Position numbers and translations under genes: made by a program
Part shown: in pieces, positions 25,163 to 37,732 of the stretch
How positions within the stretch are numbered: the stretch's first letter is position 1
Layout: each line of letters begins with the position of its first letter
Notes under the pieces: generated by a model
What the model was told of the DNA's origin: nothing
Seen by the model: the letters and a program-made list of their open reading frames with translations, nothing else
The model's database searches: none
Source: Trichosphaerium sp. ATCC 40318
Taxonomy: Eukaryota > Protista > Tubulinea
Assembly: GCA_038496445.1 (NCBI GenBank)
Contig: JALMLS010000516.1
Location: 62,001 to 126,000 of the forward strand
Length of the DNA stretch: 64,000 bases
Reading direction: 5' to 3'

Positions 25163-27474
25163 ATGAGCGAAAACAGTAGGTATGAACGATGTTACCGGTA
25201 ATAACTGTCTTGTTTCAGGTTTAAAGGACGATTTGAGAAATTTACTTCAATTGCTACGAAATGGTGTAATACTAGAAGAAGAATATCAAAGGAGGCGTAA
25301 ACAGTTACTCACAAAAGATGCAATGGAGTTGACATCTCCAAACCCACCAGTACGCTTCACTTGGGTTTAATACGCGTCATTATAATAAAACCAAGCCTTC
25401 TTTGTTCTTAAACGGCTTTTTGGGAGTGTTTTCGTTAACGGTTCGTTTAGGAAGATGACACGTCTTTATTACACTGCCCTGATGAGGTAATATTATCTAT
25501 ACTTGAGAATGTAGAGGAGAAAGAACTATGTAACATGGCTTGTGCTTGCTGGGACATGAAAAGCGTTTCTGAAGATCAGTACTTATGGCGCCGGCTTTGC
25601 TTGTCCAAGGTATTATGTTAAAAGCTCTTGTGTCAGACTCTTTCACCGAGAGAATGTTTACGGAATCTGTAGTTCATTACTAACTTATTCTTGTTTAGTT
25701 CCCTTTTTGCAATGTTGCAGATTATTCACATTTATGGAAAGGTGCTTTCAGGTACAAGCCTTTTGCTTGTTTCAATACAAATTTTTTCATTTATGCTATA
25801 ATTAGGTCACGTGCACTAGTTAAAAAGGGTTGGGAAGGTGGACGTTCTGGAGATTTTAAGGTAACAACATTCTATCGCCGCTGTTTTTTTAGACTACTGT
25901 GCGAAAGATAAGCAATATTTACTGTTCTATAGGTTGTAACAATGAGAGGTCATACTGATTATATACATTGTTTTGAATTCCGTAATGATACAATTATTAG
26001 TGGGTCTCAAGATAATTCGTGCGTACAAACTCGCACTTTTACAACGATATTCAATCAAAATATTTACAACACTTTATAGACTTAAAGTCTGGACTCCGGG
26101 CAGTAAAAAACATCTGTTGTCATTGGAATCGCACACGTGCGTAATAAGATATTTTACATTAATTTAGGTCTAAATCTATTCTGTTTAGTGGCAGGGTTAA
26201 CTGCATAGACTTTGGTAACAAGTATATCTCATCTGGTTCTCAGGATGGATCTGTGAAACTTTGGGATTTATCGTCTGGATCAATGTTGGCTACTCCAATT
26301 TCTGGAACAGGCTTTGGTAAGCATACACCATTTGTTTTAGTTGGTGGCGTTGAACCTAGTTAACTATGTATGCCGTAGTTACTTCTGTGTTCTTGAACGA
26401 GTCTAAAAATACTGTGTATTCAGCTTCAAGAGATTCTCATGTTCGTGTTGTTGATGTTCGTTCCTTTGCTGTTGTGCATGATATTGTTAGTCACGCTTCT
26501 CCTGTTTCCGAGATGAAAGTACGTTTCCTCATTTGTTGATGATTCATATAAGCTTATGAACAATAGGCAAATGATTCTGTGATTGTATCATATGACAATG
26601 CTACTATACATGCTCATGATGTACGACGTAATTACGCTCCTTTATGGCAAGCAAATCATTTGGGAATAACATGTTGTAAAATCGCAGGTCAACGTGTTGT
26701 TTGTGGTGGTAAGGATTTTTGTGAAGCTTTGTTGTTTTAATCATAGCTATTTAGATTCCACTGGAAATATCTTAATTTTTGACGTTTCAAACGGAGCCCT
26801 ACTCCATAGAGTTAGGGGTCACACTCAACAAGTAACCTGTATTGATACAGACGGAATAAAAGCCGTAACAGGATCACAGGTATCTAAGATCGAACAACAT
26901 GAAACAAAAAAGCTAACTTAGTCTCAAGGATAATACAATCGTATTTTGGGATGTTGCAAGTGCACGTGTCATTAATGTTGAACGCACGCTAATAAATTTT
27001 AGGGGACTAAAGTACATGATATGCGTGCACACACTGGACGTGTGAACACTGTAAAATTTGATGGGTTTAAAGTAGTCAGGTAATTAGTTTATCAGAGCAC
27101 CTTGTTTTAGTTTCTTGGTTCTTTCTTTAATTAACATTGGTCCTAGTGGGTCTGCTGATAACACTGTAAGTGTTTGGAATATTAGTAATGGTCAAAGGAT
27201 ATATCCTTTACTCGGAGGAAGCCTTCAGGTTAGTTGTGAATAGTTCTTAATATCAAAATTCTGTGGCATGGAAACTTATTGTTTGTGTTAGATTCGAGGC
27301 CGGAATAAAGCCAATCCCAACGTGCAAGGTTGTTCTCAACTTTGTTTTGATGAATTTAAAATAATAGCAAGCTTCAATAGCTTAATGAGAGTATGTATTT
27401 TTCTTCAGAAACAAATGCTATCTTGTTTTTTTCTTACAACTTTTAAGGTGTACAATTTTGCTGTTGAGAGATAG
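25163..27474 (+). CDS. F-box/WD40 protein (Cdc4/FBXW7-like) with N-terminal SHOCT-like helix pair
   Basis: LRNLLQLLRNGVILEEEYQRRRKQLL; F-box LLHCPDEVILSIL; WD repeats GHTDYIHC, SGSQDGSVKLWD, GHTQQVTC and SGSADNTVSVWN. Confidence 0.9.
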
Positions 27475-27626
27475 TGTTATATTCAAGCTTGTTGATAAAA
27501 CAAAAAAATAAAGTCAGGAAAATATACTCTTCACTTGTAAATTTTGGTATCAACGAAGTTTGTAAAATAGTGCTCATTTATTGGGTGATGTCGTTCTTGT
27601 TAATTTCTCACTAAGTAGTAATGTGT

Positions 27627-29298
27627 TTATTCGCTCTCAAGAGTGACTACCTTATTATCCTTTGAAGAATCATATGCGGCAAAGACTACATAAAACCTTT
27701 GAGTTGGAACTAAACTAGAAAAGAAAGCTAGCAAGTCAAATAACGAACCTAGTTGCATTGATTTTAAGTAATCTTTTCCTGTCAGCTCTGGGCATTTGAT
27801 GTTCCCATTAAGAGCTTCTCTGAAGTGTATATTTGTTGGAAGTATACTCGAGTGTATAAGCATATAATCTGGATCAGCCCATTTGTAAGTTGGCGGTGGA
27901 TGACGTGTCAAAGACGTTGTCTTGTTTTCTTCATAAAAATTAGGTTTCAAGTGCTTGGTGTTTTTTCGCACTTGTTGATCGTATGTAGTAATCGTGACCC
28001 AGCTCTACTGATCCTTCACTACCTTCAACTAGGCTAATCATAGTCAAAAAGTGTTTCGCACGTTAACTTACATATAGACTTCAGGGAATCTATCCAGTTC
28101 AACTGGAGATGCATAAGAAAGAGTGGTGTGAATATGTATTCCTGATTTTGATTTCATTTGCAGTGTAGCAACATCTTCTCCTTTATTTTTAAAGTAAGAA
28201 CGACTCACATATTTAACTCTAAAAGGCTACCTTTAATACCAGGAGTGACAGATGTTGTCATACAGTACAAGTCCTTAACATCACCAAATAAAAACCTCAG
28301 AACATGACTTAGTACTGAAACACGTTTTATAATGTTACCTCACTACATCAAGAATGTGTGAGCCCATATCCATAAGAATAAACTGTTCAAGTTCCGTAAT
28401 CACAGAGTAAGTGCAACTTTGTTGAATCTAAAGGTATACGTATCTTAAGAAAGGCTACAGTACATTAAATTAAGCTGATATCTGCTGCCTTTTGTTGTAC
28501 CTGATTATCGAACACAGGGAAGCTAGACTGGTATGTAACGCTTTTAACAGATACATTAGTTCATCTGCATTATGAAGAAGCGTACCGAGCTCTAAAGGGT
28601 TTTCCTATATTGTTTTTTTCAAGCTCTCGCTTTAGTGCTCGTATTGGATGCTGGAATCTAGTTTGGTATTAAAAATCACGTGATTGGGATACATTTAGTC
28701 GTACCTCCAGTTGTCATGGACGAAGAGTCGCACATTAGATTTTTCACAGGAAGATACCATGTCCTCACAATCACTCAGATTCGCTGCCTAGAGTGAAGTC
28801 ATCATGTGTTTTAAGCGTTGGACGCTGGGCTTGAGGATATTGTACCAAAGGTTTCTGACAAATAACGTTAATGCCCGCTTTTGCTGCCATAAGAGTCTAT
28901 ATGTTTGTACAAGATTAAATAGAGCGTTAGAGAGTCATATCGTACAAACTTTTTGTGAGTGTCAACGTCAGTTATAATATCAACAAAGTCCATAGATACG
29001 CCAAAAAACTGTTCTATAGTATCGCAGACTACTGTTTCAGGCAAGTTAAATTTTTTAGCTACAGCATGAGCTTTTGACGTTGTTCTATTCCATAACGCAA
29101 CTAACTCAACGCCTCCTGCATCCAGCCAAGCGCCAATCTGGAATCTACGCCACTAGTGAGCACGTGTACTTGTCTTTTAATTATTTTCAAAAAAAAACGC
29201 CTACTGTGACCAGAAGCCACATCCTACAACCCCAAACCTAAGCTGTTATGGAAATGAGCTCAAAAACCGTTAATAATAACATGTGCCTTTTTCGCCAT
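27627..29298 (-). CDS. Gfo/Idh/MocA family NAD(P)-dependent oxidoreductase
   Basis: LRFGVVGCGFWSQFQ, DFVDIITDV, VICQKPL, HDNWR and DMGSHILDV after splicing. Confidence 0.9.
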
Positions 29299-29612
29299 CA
29301 CTCCAAAACTTAACGTAGCGCTATCTGTATGGTGATTTAGCCGTGAACCCAAAAACTCACTTAGGTATTATTTGAAGGTGCGAAAAAGTCAATCACGTGG
29401 CATCAGTCAAACAACAAAGATTCATCGTACAAGACGTAACAACATCCCAATTTTGTTGTTTAAACGCAAGTCACATTGTCTCATCTATGAATGGAAGGTG
29501 AAATCTTTCAAATTGTACCGAAAAGTGCTCAGTTTTCTCCGACGTTCCACTGTAAATCACAGTGGGTATGTTTCTGCTGAACCGAATTCGATTACCCTAT
29601 GCTTACACATAA

Positions 29613-30530
29613 ATGACAACGCCAAAGCGTAGGCTTACTAACATTCTCAATAGAGAAATACCTGTACCTCAAGAGGTTCCATTGTATTTTGCATACCAAC
29701 CTCTGGTACCGCTAACTCCCGTTGTATTATACATTCCAGAGCTGTTGGAGATGATTTTACTACGTTTAGACTTGAAATCTATGATATCTTATTCTTGGAC
29801 TTGTAAACACTTTCATGGTGCAACTGCGTCAATGGCATACATAGAATCAGGATTTAAAAACGTTTTTACTTATGTTAAGAAGCACATCTCGCCAGAATCT
29901 CTTTTTTGTCCTCTTTCATTGAGGAATACTCTTCTTACACTGGAATCAAGGTCACAATCGTTTGATGTAGGTGATATATACCCATGTCTACCATGTCCTA
30001 TATGTGTTGGTCTGGGCGATATTGGCGTGTGGAGTCGTGTGGCATCAGCTCAAGTCAGTTGTTCATGGATAACAGTTTATTGTGATTTATGTTCTGAAAA
30101 CAAGCGACCTCCTCTTTCATGGAAACAACCACGAATATGTCCAAGTTGTAACTTCAGAAGAAATCGGGATATTAAAAATACATTGTATGGCACATGTGTG
30201 TACGATAAGTTTTGTGACAAATGTGAAAAAACATGCTGTGTGTTGTGTACAAAAAGGTGTGCACATTGCGGATGTACAGTGTGCGGTCATTGTCGGAAAA
30301 CATGTAGATATTGTTACCAACCGTCATGTTGTAGAAAGTGCTTATATAACAGGGTTACAGCGCTACAGTTTTCTTATGAAAGCTCAAGTTCTTCAACCTC
30401 ATGTAGCACTGATCATTCAAGCTTATTGGAAATTGTACCATCTGTATGTGAAGAATCAAGTCATTCAGAAGTTCATTCATACCAAACAGTCTCTTCATCA
30501 GAAGAAGACAGCCTACAACAAACTGTATGA
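29613..30530 (+). CDS. F-box protein with Cys-rich (CxxC) region and Ser-rich tail, intronless
   Basis: IPELLEMILLRLDLKSMISYSWTCKHFH followed by many CxxC pairs. Confidence 0.8.
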   Translation: MTTPKRRLTNILNREIPVPQEVPLYFAYQPLVPLTPVVLYIPELLEMILLRLDLKSMISYSWTCKHFHGATASMAYIESGFKNVFTYVKKHISPESLFCPLSLRNTLLTLESRSQSFDVGDIYPCLPCPICVGLGDIGVWSRVASAQVSCSWITVYCDLCSENKRPPLSWKQPRICPSCNFRRNRDIKNTLYGTCVYDKFCDKCEKTCCVLCTKRCAHCGCTVCGHCRKTCRYCYQPSCCRKCLYNRVTALQFSYESSSSSTSCSTDHSSLLEIVPSVCEESSHSEVHSYQTVSSSEEDSLQQTV

Positions 30531-30749
30531 AGTAAAGTAAATAAACCAGAAAATTCAATGTGAACTACAAAAGTTGTGTCTTTTCGGACAAAAAATACTT
30601 GCATTGTACTGTCAACAGGTTGAGGTAAAAGCCTTTTTACAGTACTTCGTATCAGTGCCGGATTACAAGTAAAACCGAACAAGAATGTTCAATTGAATCA
30701 GTTTGTAGTAAGCTATAAAGTTTTTGTTTTATTTTTTTTTTATGCTTAT

Positions 30750-31678
30750 TTACAACTCTTGGTGCCTTGTTAACTTTCCGTCAACATTCCACTCCTTGAC
30801 TACACCTACCAATTTACCTTTTGATCTTGTACAAAGTGACTTCATATTTCCATTATCATACCACTCTATGCATTCACCTTCTTCTTTTCCGTCAACCATA
30901 AAAGAGTGAAAATGAATTTGACCATTACTATGCCATCCATGCCACTCTCCATACTGCTTACACCCACTCATGAACCCATGATATTGTAATTGTCCATTAT
31001 CATACCACATTAAAACCTCACCTTCAGCAACATCATTAACACGCACGTGTTTACGTTGGAGTGACCCATTCTCATGATAGTCTGAGTAGGGACCTTCATA
31101 AATTCCATCTTTGTAGAAACAATGTTGTTTCAAGTTACCGTTACTATACCACTCCTTATACTCACCATTCTTAACTCCATTGACATTATACGTATGTATT
31201 TGTAGTTGTCCATTAGGAAACCATTCTTTATACTCTCCTTGTTGCTTACCATCAACCATAAAACTTGTAAAATGGAGTTGTCCGTTCAAATGCCACCCTT
31301 TCCAATTTCCTACTTGTTTTCCCACTTTCGTGTACCCGTGGAACTTTAATTGTCCATTCTCAAACCACATATGTACTTCACCTTTTGCCATATCATTTTC
31401 TCTTTCATGACTACGCTGTAGTTGACCATTTTCATACCAATCAAGGTACTTTCCTTCACATTTTCCTTTTCTCATTGTACACTTTTGTTTAACCTTACCA
31501 TTTCTATGCCACTCCAAGAATTCGCCTTCAGCCTTTCCGTCTATCATGAAACATGATTGACTCAATTGACCGTTATCATACCACTCAGTATAATTTCCTT
31601 GGATTTTACCATTTTTCACGTGACATTTATAATGAAGTTGACCGTTTGGATGGTATTTTACCGTCTCGGCTAATAATT
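30750..31678 (-). CDS. MORN-variant (YwqK-like) repeat protein; 5' exon not resolved
   Basis: About 12 tandem 24-aa repeats of GxxxGxYxEWYxNGQL; a single long exon after the acceptor at ~31679. Confidence 0.92.
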
Positions 31679-32159
31679 CTGTGAATTTTTTGTTTCAGTT
31701 TGAGTTTGTTGGATAAAAAAGCGAAATATATCTTCGGTCACGTACGTCCACGCGCTGTAAGTCGCGATGTAGTGAAATATCCAAAGATAGCGTAAAATGG
31801 GCTTAATAACAAGTTCGTAGCGCTTGTGAGACCTTTATAAACGTATAGAACGAACGAAGACATGATATTGTAAGATATAAGCTCGCTATACAGTTAAGAA
31901 CCTATTTTAATTGTTCGTTAATTTAAATGCATGTAACTACGCGTTAAACAGTCAATTTTTATGCTAACAGCGTAAAATAAACGAAAATTGAAAAAAACAG
32001 ATTCAACTCGCTTTAATTAGCGTGAAACAATCCAAAACTAATAAAAAATGCGAATAGTAGATACATACCAGTATCGCAACTAACGGCAGGAGGTTTTATA
32101 GTGGCTGAGTTCACTTTTTTTATTGTCGAGACTTAACAAGCATAAGTACACTTACTTTC

Positions 32160-35100
32160 TCATTCATCTTGTGACGATTCCATATTGAGCAAAGATGATG
32201 CTGTACGCTCAAGTTTGGGCTGATTTTTAAGCAACGTGCCAATACTGCCAGTCCTTTTGTTTGGAGGTAAGCAGCTGTGATTTATTCAGAATCTTTTGTA
32301 CCTTTGAAGTTTTTTCCCACGCCATGATCCCCACATCCTTCTTCGTCTATTTGCTGGAAGTTTGTCTTTCAAGTCAATAACACTTATACGTTTCTTTGTA
32401 GACTCCACCAGCTCGCCTCTTTGATGCATTTTGTATGTCTCATGCTCGACAGTATGTTTAACAATAAACTTAACAACAATCACTTGCTTTTCTTGACCAA
32501 TCCTTGAGTGACGTAAACATACAGTCTGTAGCCTAACTACGTACCTATATGCTCGTCCTATTGCTTGTCCTTCAGTCGCTTCAGCTTCAGATTTTGAACC
32601 AGATACAGGATCTTCAAAGCCAATAAGAGAACTCACTTACTAAGTAGATAACGTACCAACAAGTATTACATACTCAGCTTCAACAAGATTTGTTCCGCTA
32701 GCTGCGTTTTCTGAAGATAATAATAGTATGTTCTTTTCGCCGTTTCTAAATTGCTCTATGGAAGCATCTTTCTGTTTAGCAGTGCTATGAACACTAGTTA
32801 AAAAAAACCAAGAATAAAAAAAGATCCATTTACCCCATTACAGAAATACTGTGAATTCCGTTTTCAAACAGCAAGTGACTCACTTGTTTTAATACTTGAG
32901 CGTACTAGGAAAGTATTTAGGTTCCTGAGGCATTTGAATACAAATATTAAAGTACCTTAGAAAACAGTATTATGCGAGGTTTAGGTTCGTTTGTCAAAAG
33001 ATTTTTTGTGTAATTTAATAAATGTCCTAGTTTTGTTCCATAAATGATGACAGCTTCATCGAGAGTCAAATTATTAAATCCAACTTCTGGAAAGTTCTTG
33101 CTCTAATAAATACAGTTATTTATATCATTTGATTGATTAAAAGAAAAAAACACGTGCTTTAATGCAATAATCTTCATGTTCAAGTTTAGACATGAGCAAT
33201 GATTTTGATTCTTCTTCATTGGTAAACTTTGCCAAACGAAAGCTTAGTTCCTTCTTGATGGTGTCCACATCATACGTTGTAGATTCTCGGGTCCCAAGTT
33301 GATGTTGCTTTTTCTCAATGCATTCCGTGGAGACCTCTTTCTAGACAAAGAATTAAGCCAAGCGTTTGTTTTCCCTTTTTTACAAGTCATACCAAAGTAT
33401 CTATTTTGTTCTCTATGAATGCCTCGAAGGTAGGTATGCTTTTTGTAAGAAAAGCCACTGAGCGTGTTTTTCGAATAAACTCTGACTTCTTCGATTCGTA
33501 CTGACCCACAAACAATGGTGCAGAATTGTTCTAGCATTCAGAAAATGAGTCCAAACTTCTTAGTGAATTGTAAATAAAAAAAAAGAATCACCTCGTGATT
33601 ATCAATTAGCAGCCTGATAGCTGGCATACTCTGTTTGTCGTTCACCAACTTACTCTTCATGGAAGCAAGATGAGCCTAGAATGATTAAAAATGAAGTAGT
33701 TATGTGAGGCAAACCTTGGCGTCTTTTATAAGTTTTACTCTTCTAATCTCCAAGTTATCAGCGCTGTGGTCACATGTTGTTGTTTGCATAGCGCATATTT
33801 TAAACAGTACGGCCTCTGGAGAGTATGGTTAAAGTGTATAAAACTTAATTCTTGGTAAAATAATATTGATGCTACACGTACTATCAGCCTTGCTTTTGAA
33901 TCGAGTAAAAGCATAATTTATACGCTCAATATTGTGAAAGTCAATGAGTTCCACTTTTTCTACAAACGGTGGAATGTCGAACTGAATAAGGTACCATTAA
34001 TCAAGGTTTACAGACTAAGCTTTATAAATATAATATTTTGTACCTCCTTGGCGACAGATAGCTTAGTGTTCTTCCATAAGAAATTTTTAAGAAACAAGTC
34101 TGCCAAAACCCAACTATAATTTTTAGTCAGTATTAGGTTTCTAAGTGTTAATATTTTGTCGTACACGTTATATATTTTATGTTGTTCGCGCTCTTTACCA
34201 CCTGAAGGATAAAAGACACGAACATATCGTTTTCCTTTCATTTTTTCTTCGCGCCAATGCCACGAAAAATGAGGATCAGATGACTTGCCATAAACGAACC
34301 AACATGCACCAATAAGCTTCTCTCTATTGCAACACGAAAAGGTTATTTAATAAATAGAAAAGAGATATAACAAACAACACGTACAAGTTCGGAAATGGTG
34401 TACCAGTGACATACCATTTCATTGCTGCGTGTATACATGCCAAACCGCCTAGTAAAGTTTGATTGATTAACCTAGTGTAATTTTTATTGCGTACGTTGTG
34501 AATCAAGGTCACTTATAATCTCATGCCCTTCATCGAGAATAAGACGATGCCAATTAAACGCAAATAAATTTGGATTCTTGCTATCCATAAAATTTGATTT
34601 TTTAAGCTTTGTAATAGCCTATAAAGAGCCTTTAACACTACAGCGCAACAACCTTTTTCAGTTGAATTAAAAACACTTACAGAACGCTTTTGACTTCGCT
34701 TGGATTTGTATTTTTTATTTTTAATGATGCCATGGGGTATAATAACGATATCTAAGTGTCGCGTTAGTACTTTGCAACCAATTTTGGCTAGCCAAAGATG
34801 ATGCTTGCCTGCGTTTGCTATGTCTCTATAATTTAATTTCTTGAGTTGGGTGATAGTTGTACACGTGATAATATTTAATTCGATATCTGAATGTTCTTGT
34901 AGTTCATCTGCCCACTGTTTACAAAGGTGACTAGGACATAAGACTACATCAAGAGTTAGAACTTTGAAGAAAAGCGAAGCATTCTTGGTACTCAATGTTG
35001 CTTTGGTGACAATGAAGTCGTCCTCGCCCTCTATAACACTAACGCATGGTTCTTTCTCATCTAATTTACCGTATGGGCGCGCTAGAATAACGGCAAGCAC

Positions 35101-36558
35101 TAACACAATATTAGAATAAACAAAGAAAAGTGCTTACTCTCTATAGTTTTCCCCAAGCCCATTTCATCTGCAAGCATGCCTAAGAATTAATATTAAGTAG
35201 GTTAAAATTTAGGCATAAAATACTACAAACCTCCGTAGATGGGTATGGTTTGGTTATACTCGTCTATTTCCTGGCTAGGCACTATTTTCGTTCCAATAAA
35301 ATCAGCAAGAATAGACGAGTTCACAGTATCCCAAGGGACTAACGAGTTGTATGTTATCTCTAACCATTTGTTAGAAAATACTCTTAGCATTATTTGTTAT
35401 ATTACCTAGACCTTCCTTGACACGATCTTCATAACTTACCGCCCAACTTACTGCTTTTAGTTGATACTTGTAGAGAGTAAGTTTGAGATCTTTAGGCACT
35501 TCAATACACTCTGAAGGAACGTCCTAATTAGACAATAAAATTAATAAAAATAAATGGGATTTTTTTAGAAATCGTTTAGGCCTAACTCACGCTTGGGAAT
35601 ACAGCTTTGTAGTCAACTCCGGATAGTAACTTGCTCATCTTTTTTTCGAACAGCTTCTTCGTGTCGTTTAAAATTGGTTCTTGTAAAGGTTTCCTATCAA
35701 ACAACCCATCGGTTAATATCCCAGTTGAAATATTTCAATGTACCATGACCTAAAATAGGATCCACCATTGTACAGATGGCACTCCAGTTCAGCTAAATTT
35801 ACAGACAGAGTTATTTGATAATCATGCTGACCGCCAAAACCATGCAAGGTTTTGATATCTGCTCTCCAAATATCAGGGTGGTCAGCGACCAAGCAAGTTT
35901 CATATCCAGGATGAGAAATATAACGGGATAGTGTACCGTCACGTCCTACTAGCTGCACAAATATAAGCAAAAATCCGCGTAGCATTATTTAGCATGCTTA
36001 CTGTACAGTTTCTACCAAGAAGTTCAGGTTGGGGAGCGTTCTTGTGGAACTCTTGTCGCGCCTTTTCTTGAAATTTTTGTATCTTTTGACTTTTCTCTCG
36101 TCTTACATCCCACGACTCACCGGCAATGTGGTTGTACTCTTTAGGCATCTGTTCTTTGTTGTACTCGGTAGGACACTCATAACAATGGACTGAAGAAACA
36201 AGATACCATCGAAAGCATTTATCTTTTGACACGTCGTGCCATTGATGCTATGAAGCGTAAACAAACCATATAAGTCCCAGAAAGCAACTTACGCTGACTA
36301 ACATGGCTGATGATAAATTAGAGCGCGGCAATAGCTTCAAAATGGCCAATAGAATCTCGTCAGGTATATAAACGTTCTCTTGTGGTAAATTATCATCTGT
36401 GCTGTCAAATTCGTCCGTTTTAGGCTTTTTACGCGGTTCTTCCGCTATTTCAGAGTCCTAGAGCTTTTAGTACAGGCGTTCCTGGTATTATGTACATCGC
36501 GTTTTCTTTTAACGCCGGTACTGAGTGTATCCGGTTCATCGCAGTCCATAGGCTCCAT
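32160..36558 (-). CDS. F-box + SNF2 (RAD5/RAD16-like) helicase with intact motifs, ~22 introns
   Basis: F-box IPDEILLAILKLL...LVSKQW; LYKYQ, GGMLADEMGLGKTIE, CPSHLCKQW, ILDEGHE, VTGTPFPN, IILFS, AASGTNL, QAIGRAYRIGQ. Confidence 0.9.
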
Positions 36559-36788
36559 CACTCCAATTGACAATGTCTTCGCTCCTCACTTAGAGTACAA
36601 TTAAGGCTACTTTTAAATTCCATTCTCCTTTTTTGCTCCGCACAATTTCTGGATGCTGATCACTGGTACTGAGAGAAATCAGAAAAAAAATGAATGATAG
36701 CAGATACAATAAACAAGCCACGTGATTTTTTTCAGTTCTCTTGAATTTTTAACTATTTTTATTTACAGTTGTCAAGTGAGCCTACTAG

Positions 36789-37602
36789 CTAGGTTGAGTC
36801 TATCATGTCTTTAAGAACTTCTATATTATCGCTTTCTACAGCGTATTTCCACGATTCTTCTTGTCCAAGTATGTTTGGAGCGTCGCGAAATGTGAAGTTT
36901 AGCCTGACATTTTTTAAACTATCTGGCAAAAAGTCTGGAGCAGAATTCTCAACTACATCATGAACACAGTGCATTAATTTACGCAATGGACCTCCCCTAT
37001 ATATATGTAAGTATATTTACACTGTATTCAGCCATTAGTACCAAACTAGAACATCACCAGATTCCAATAACAGTTTACTTTCTCCTCGTCCAAAAAGTTT
37101 ATATCCAAAATTACACGAATTACCAATAGAAATTGAAACAATTGGATGGTTGTTGTCACCATCATTTTTGTCTGTATCTGCGTGCCAATACATACCATCA
37201 GCAGTTGCATAATGAAGTAATAGTAGATGTGTTGGGTTCATTTCAGGCATTTTATTATCACAACCCCTTGCAAGCGAAACCAAAGCGCTAGAAGTGGTTA
37301 CTACAACTCCTTTTGATGGAAACTCCGAAAATAACTTACTCGCATATTTTTCTTATCGTTTCTGGTTCCTTGAAGGATGTTATGGCGTCGTATATCCTCC
37401 CTCGCCCTTTATCGCTGTTTAAAACTTTTTCGCCTGATTTCATAGTATGCCAAAAACTATGGTCCGTTTGATGTCCTGCATGCAAAGCGTAGTTCGCAAA
37501 CCATGTTTGTTGCTCTGTTGAGAAAGCATTTTTTAGCAGCACTAATCCAGGAGCTATAACTGTAGCATTAGTAGCACTAGGTGTTGTAGGAATGGTGGAC
37601 AT
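36789..37602 (-). CDS. AlkB-family 2OG-Fe(II) dioxygenase
   Basis: APGLVLL, GMYWHAD (HxD), PIVSISIG, LESGDVLVWGG, MHCV and RLNFTFR. Confidence 0.92.
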
Positions 37603-37732
37603 TGTTATTTTGTCTTTTTCTTCCAAAGTAATAGGCGAAATTAGTCAAAGTTTCAATGAACAAACCGTTGGTTTTGCTATCCAAATATCTCTGCTTTTTT
37701 TCAACCAAATAAGTTGTCGTTACGAGATAATC

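Noticed and set aside
30082-31410. Overlapping or antisense ORFs (e.g. 30082-30540, 31180-31410)
   Set aside because: They are shadow frames of the F-box and MORN genes with no independent motifs.
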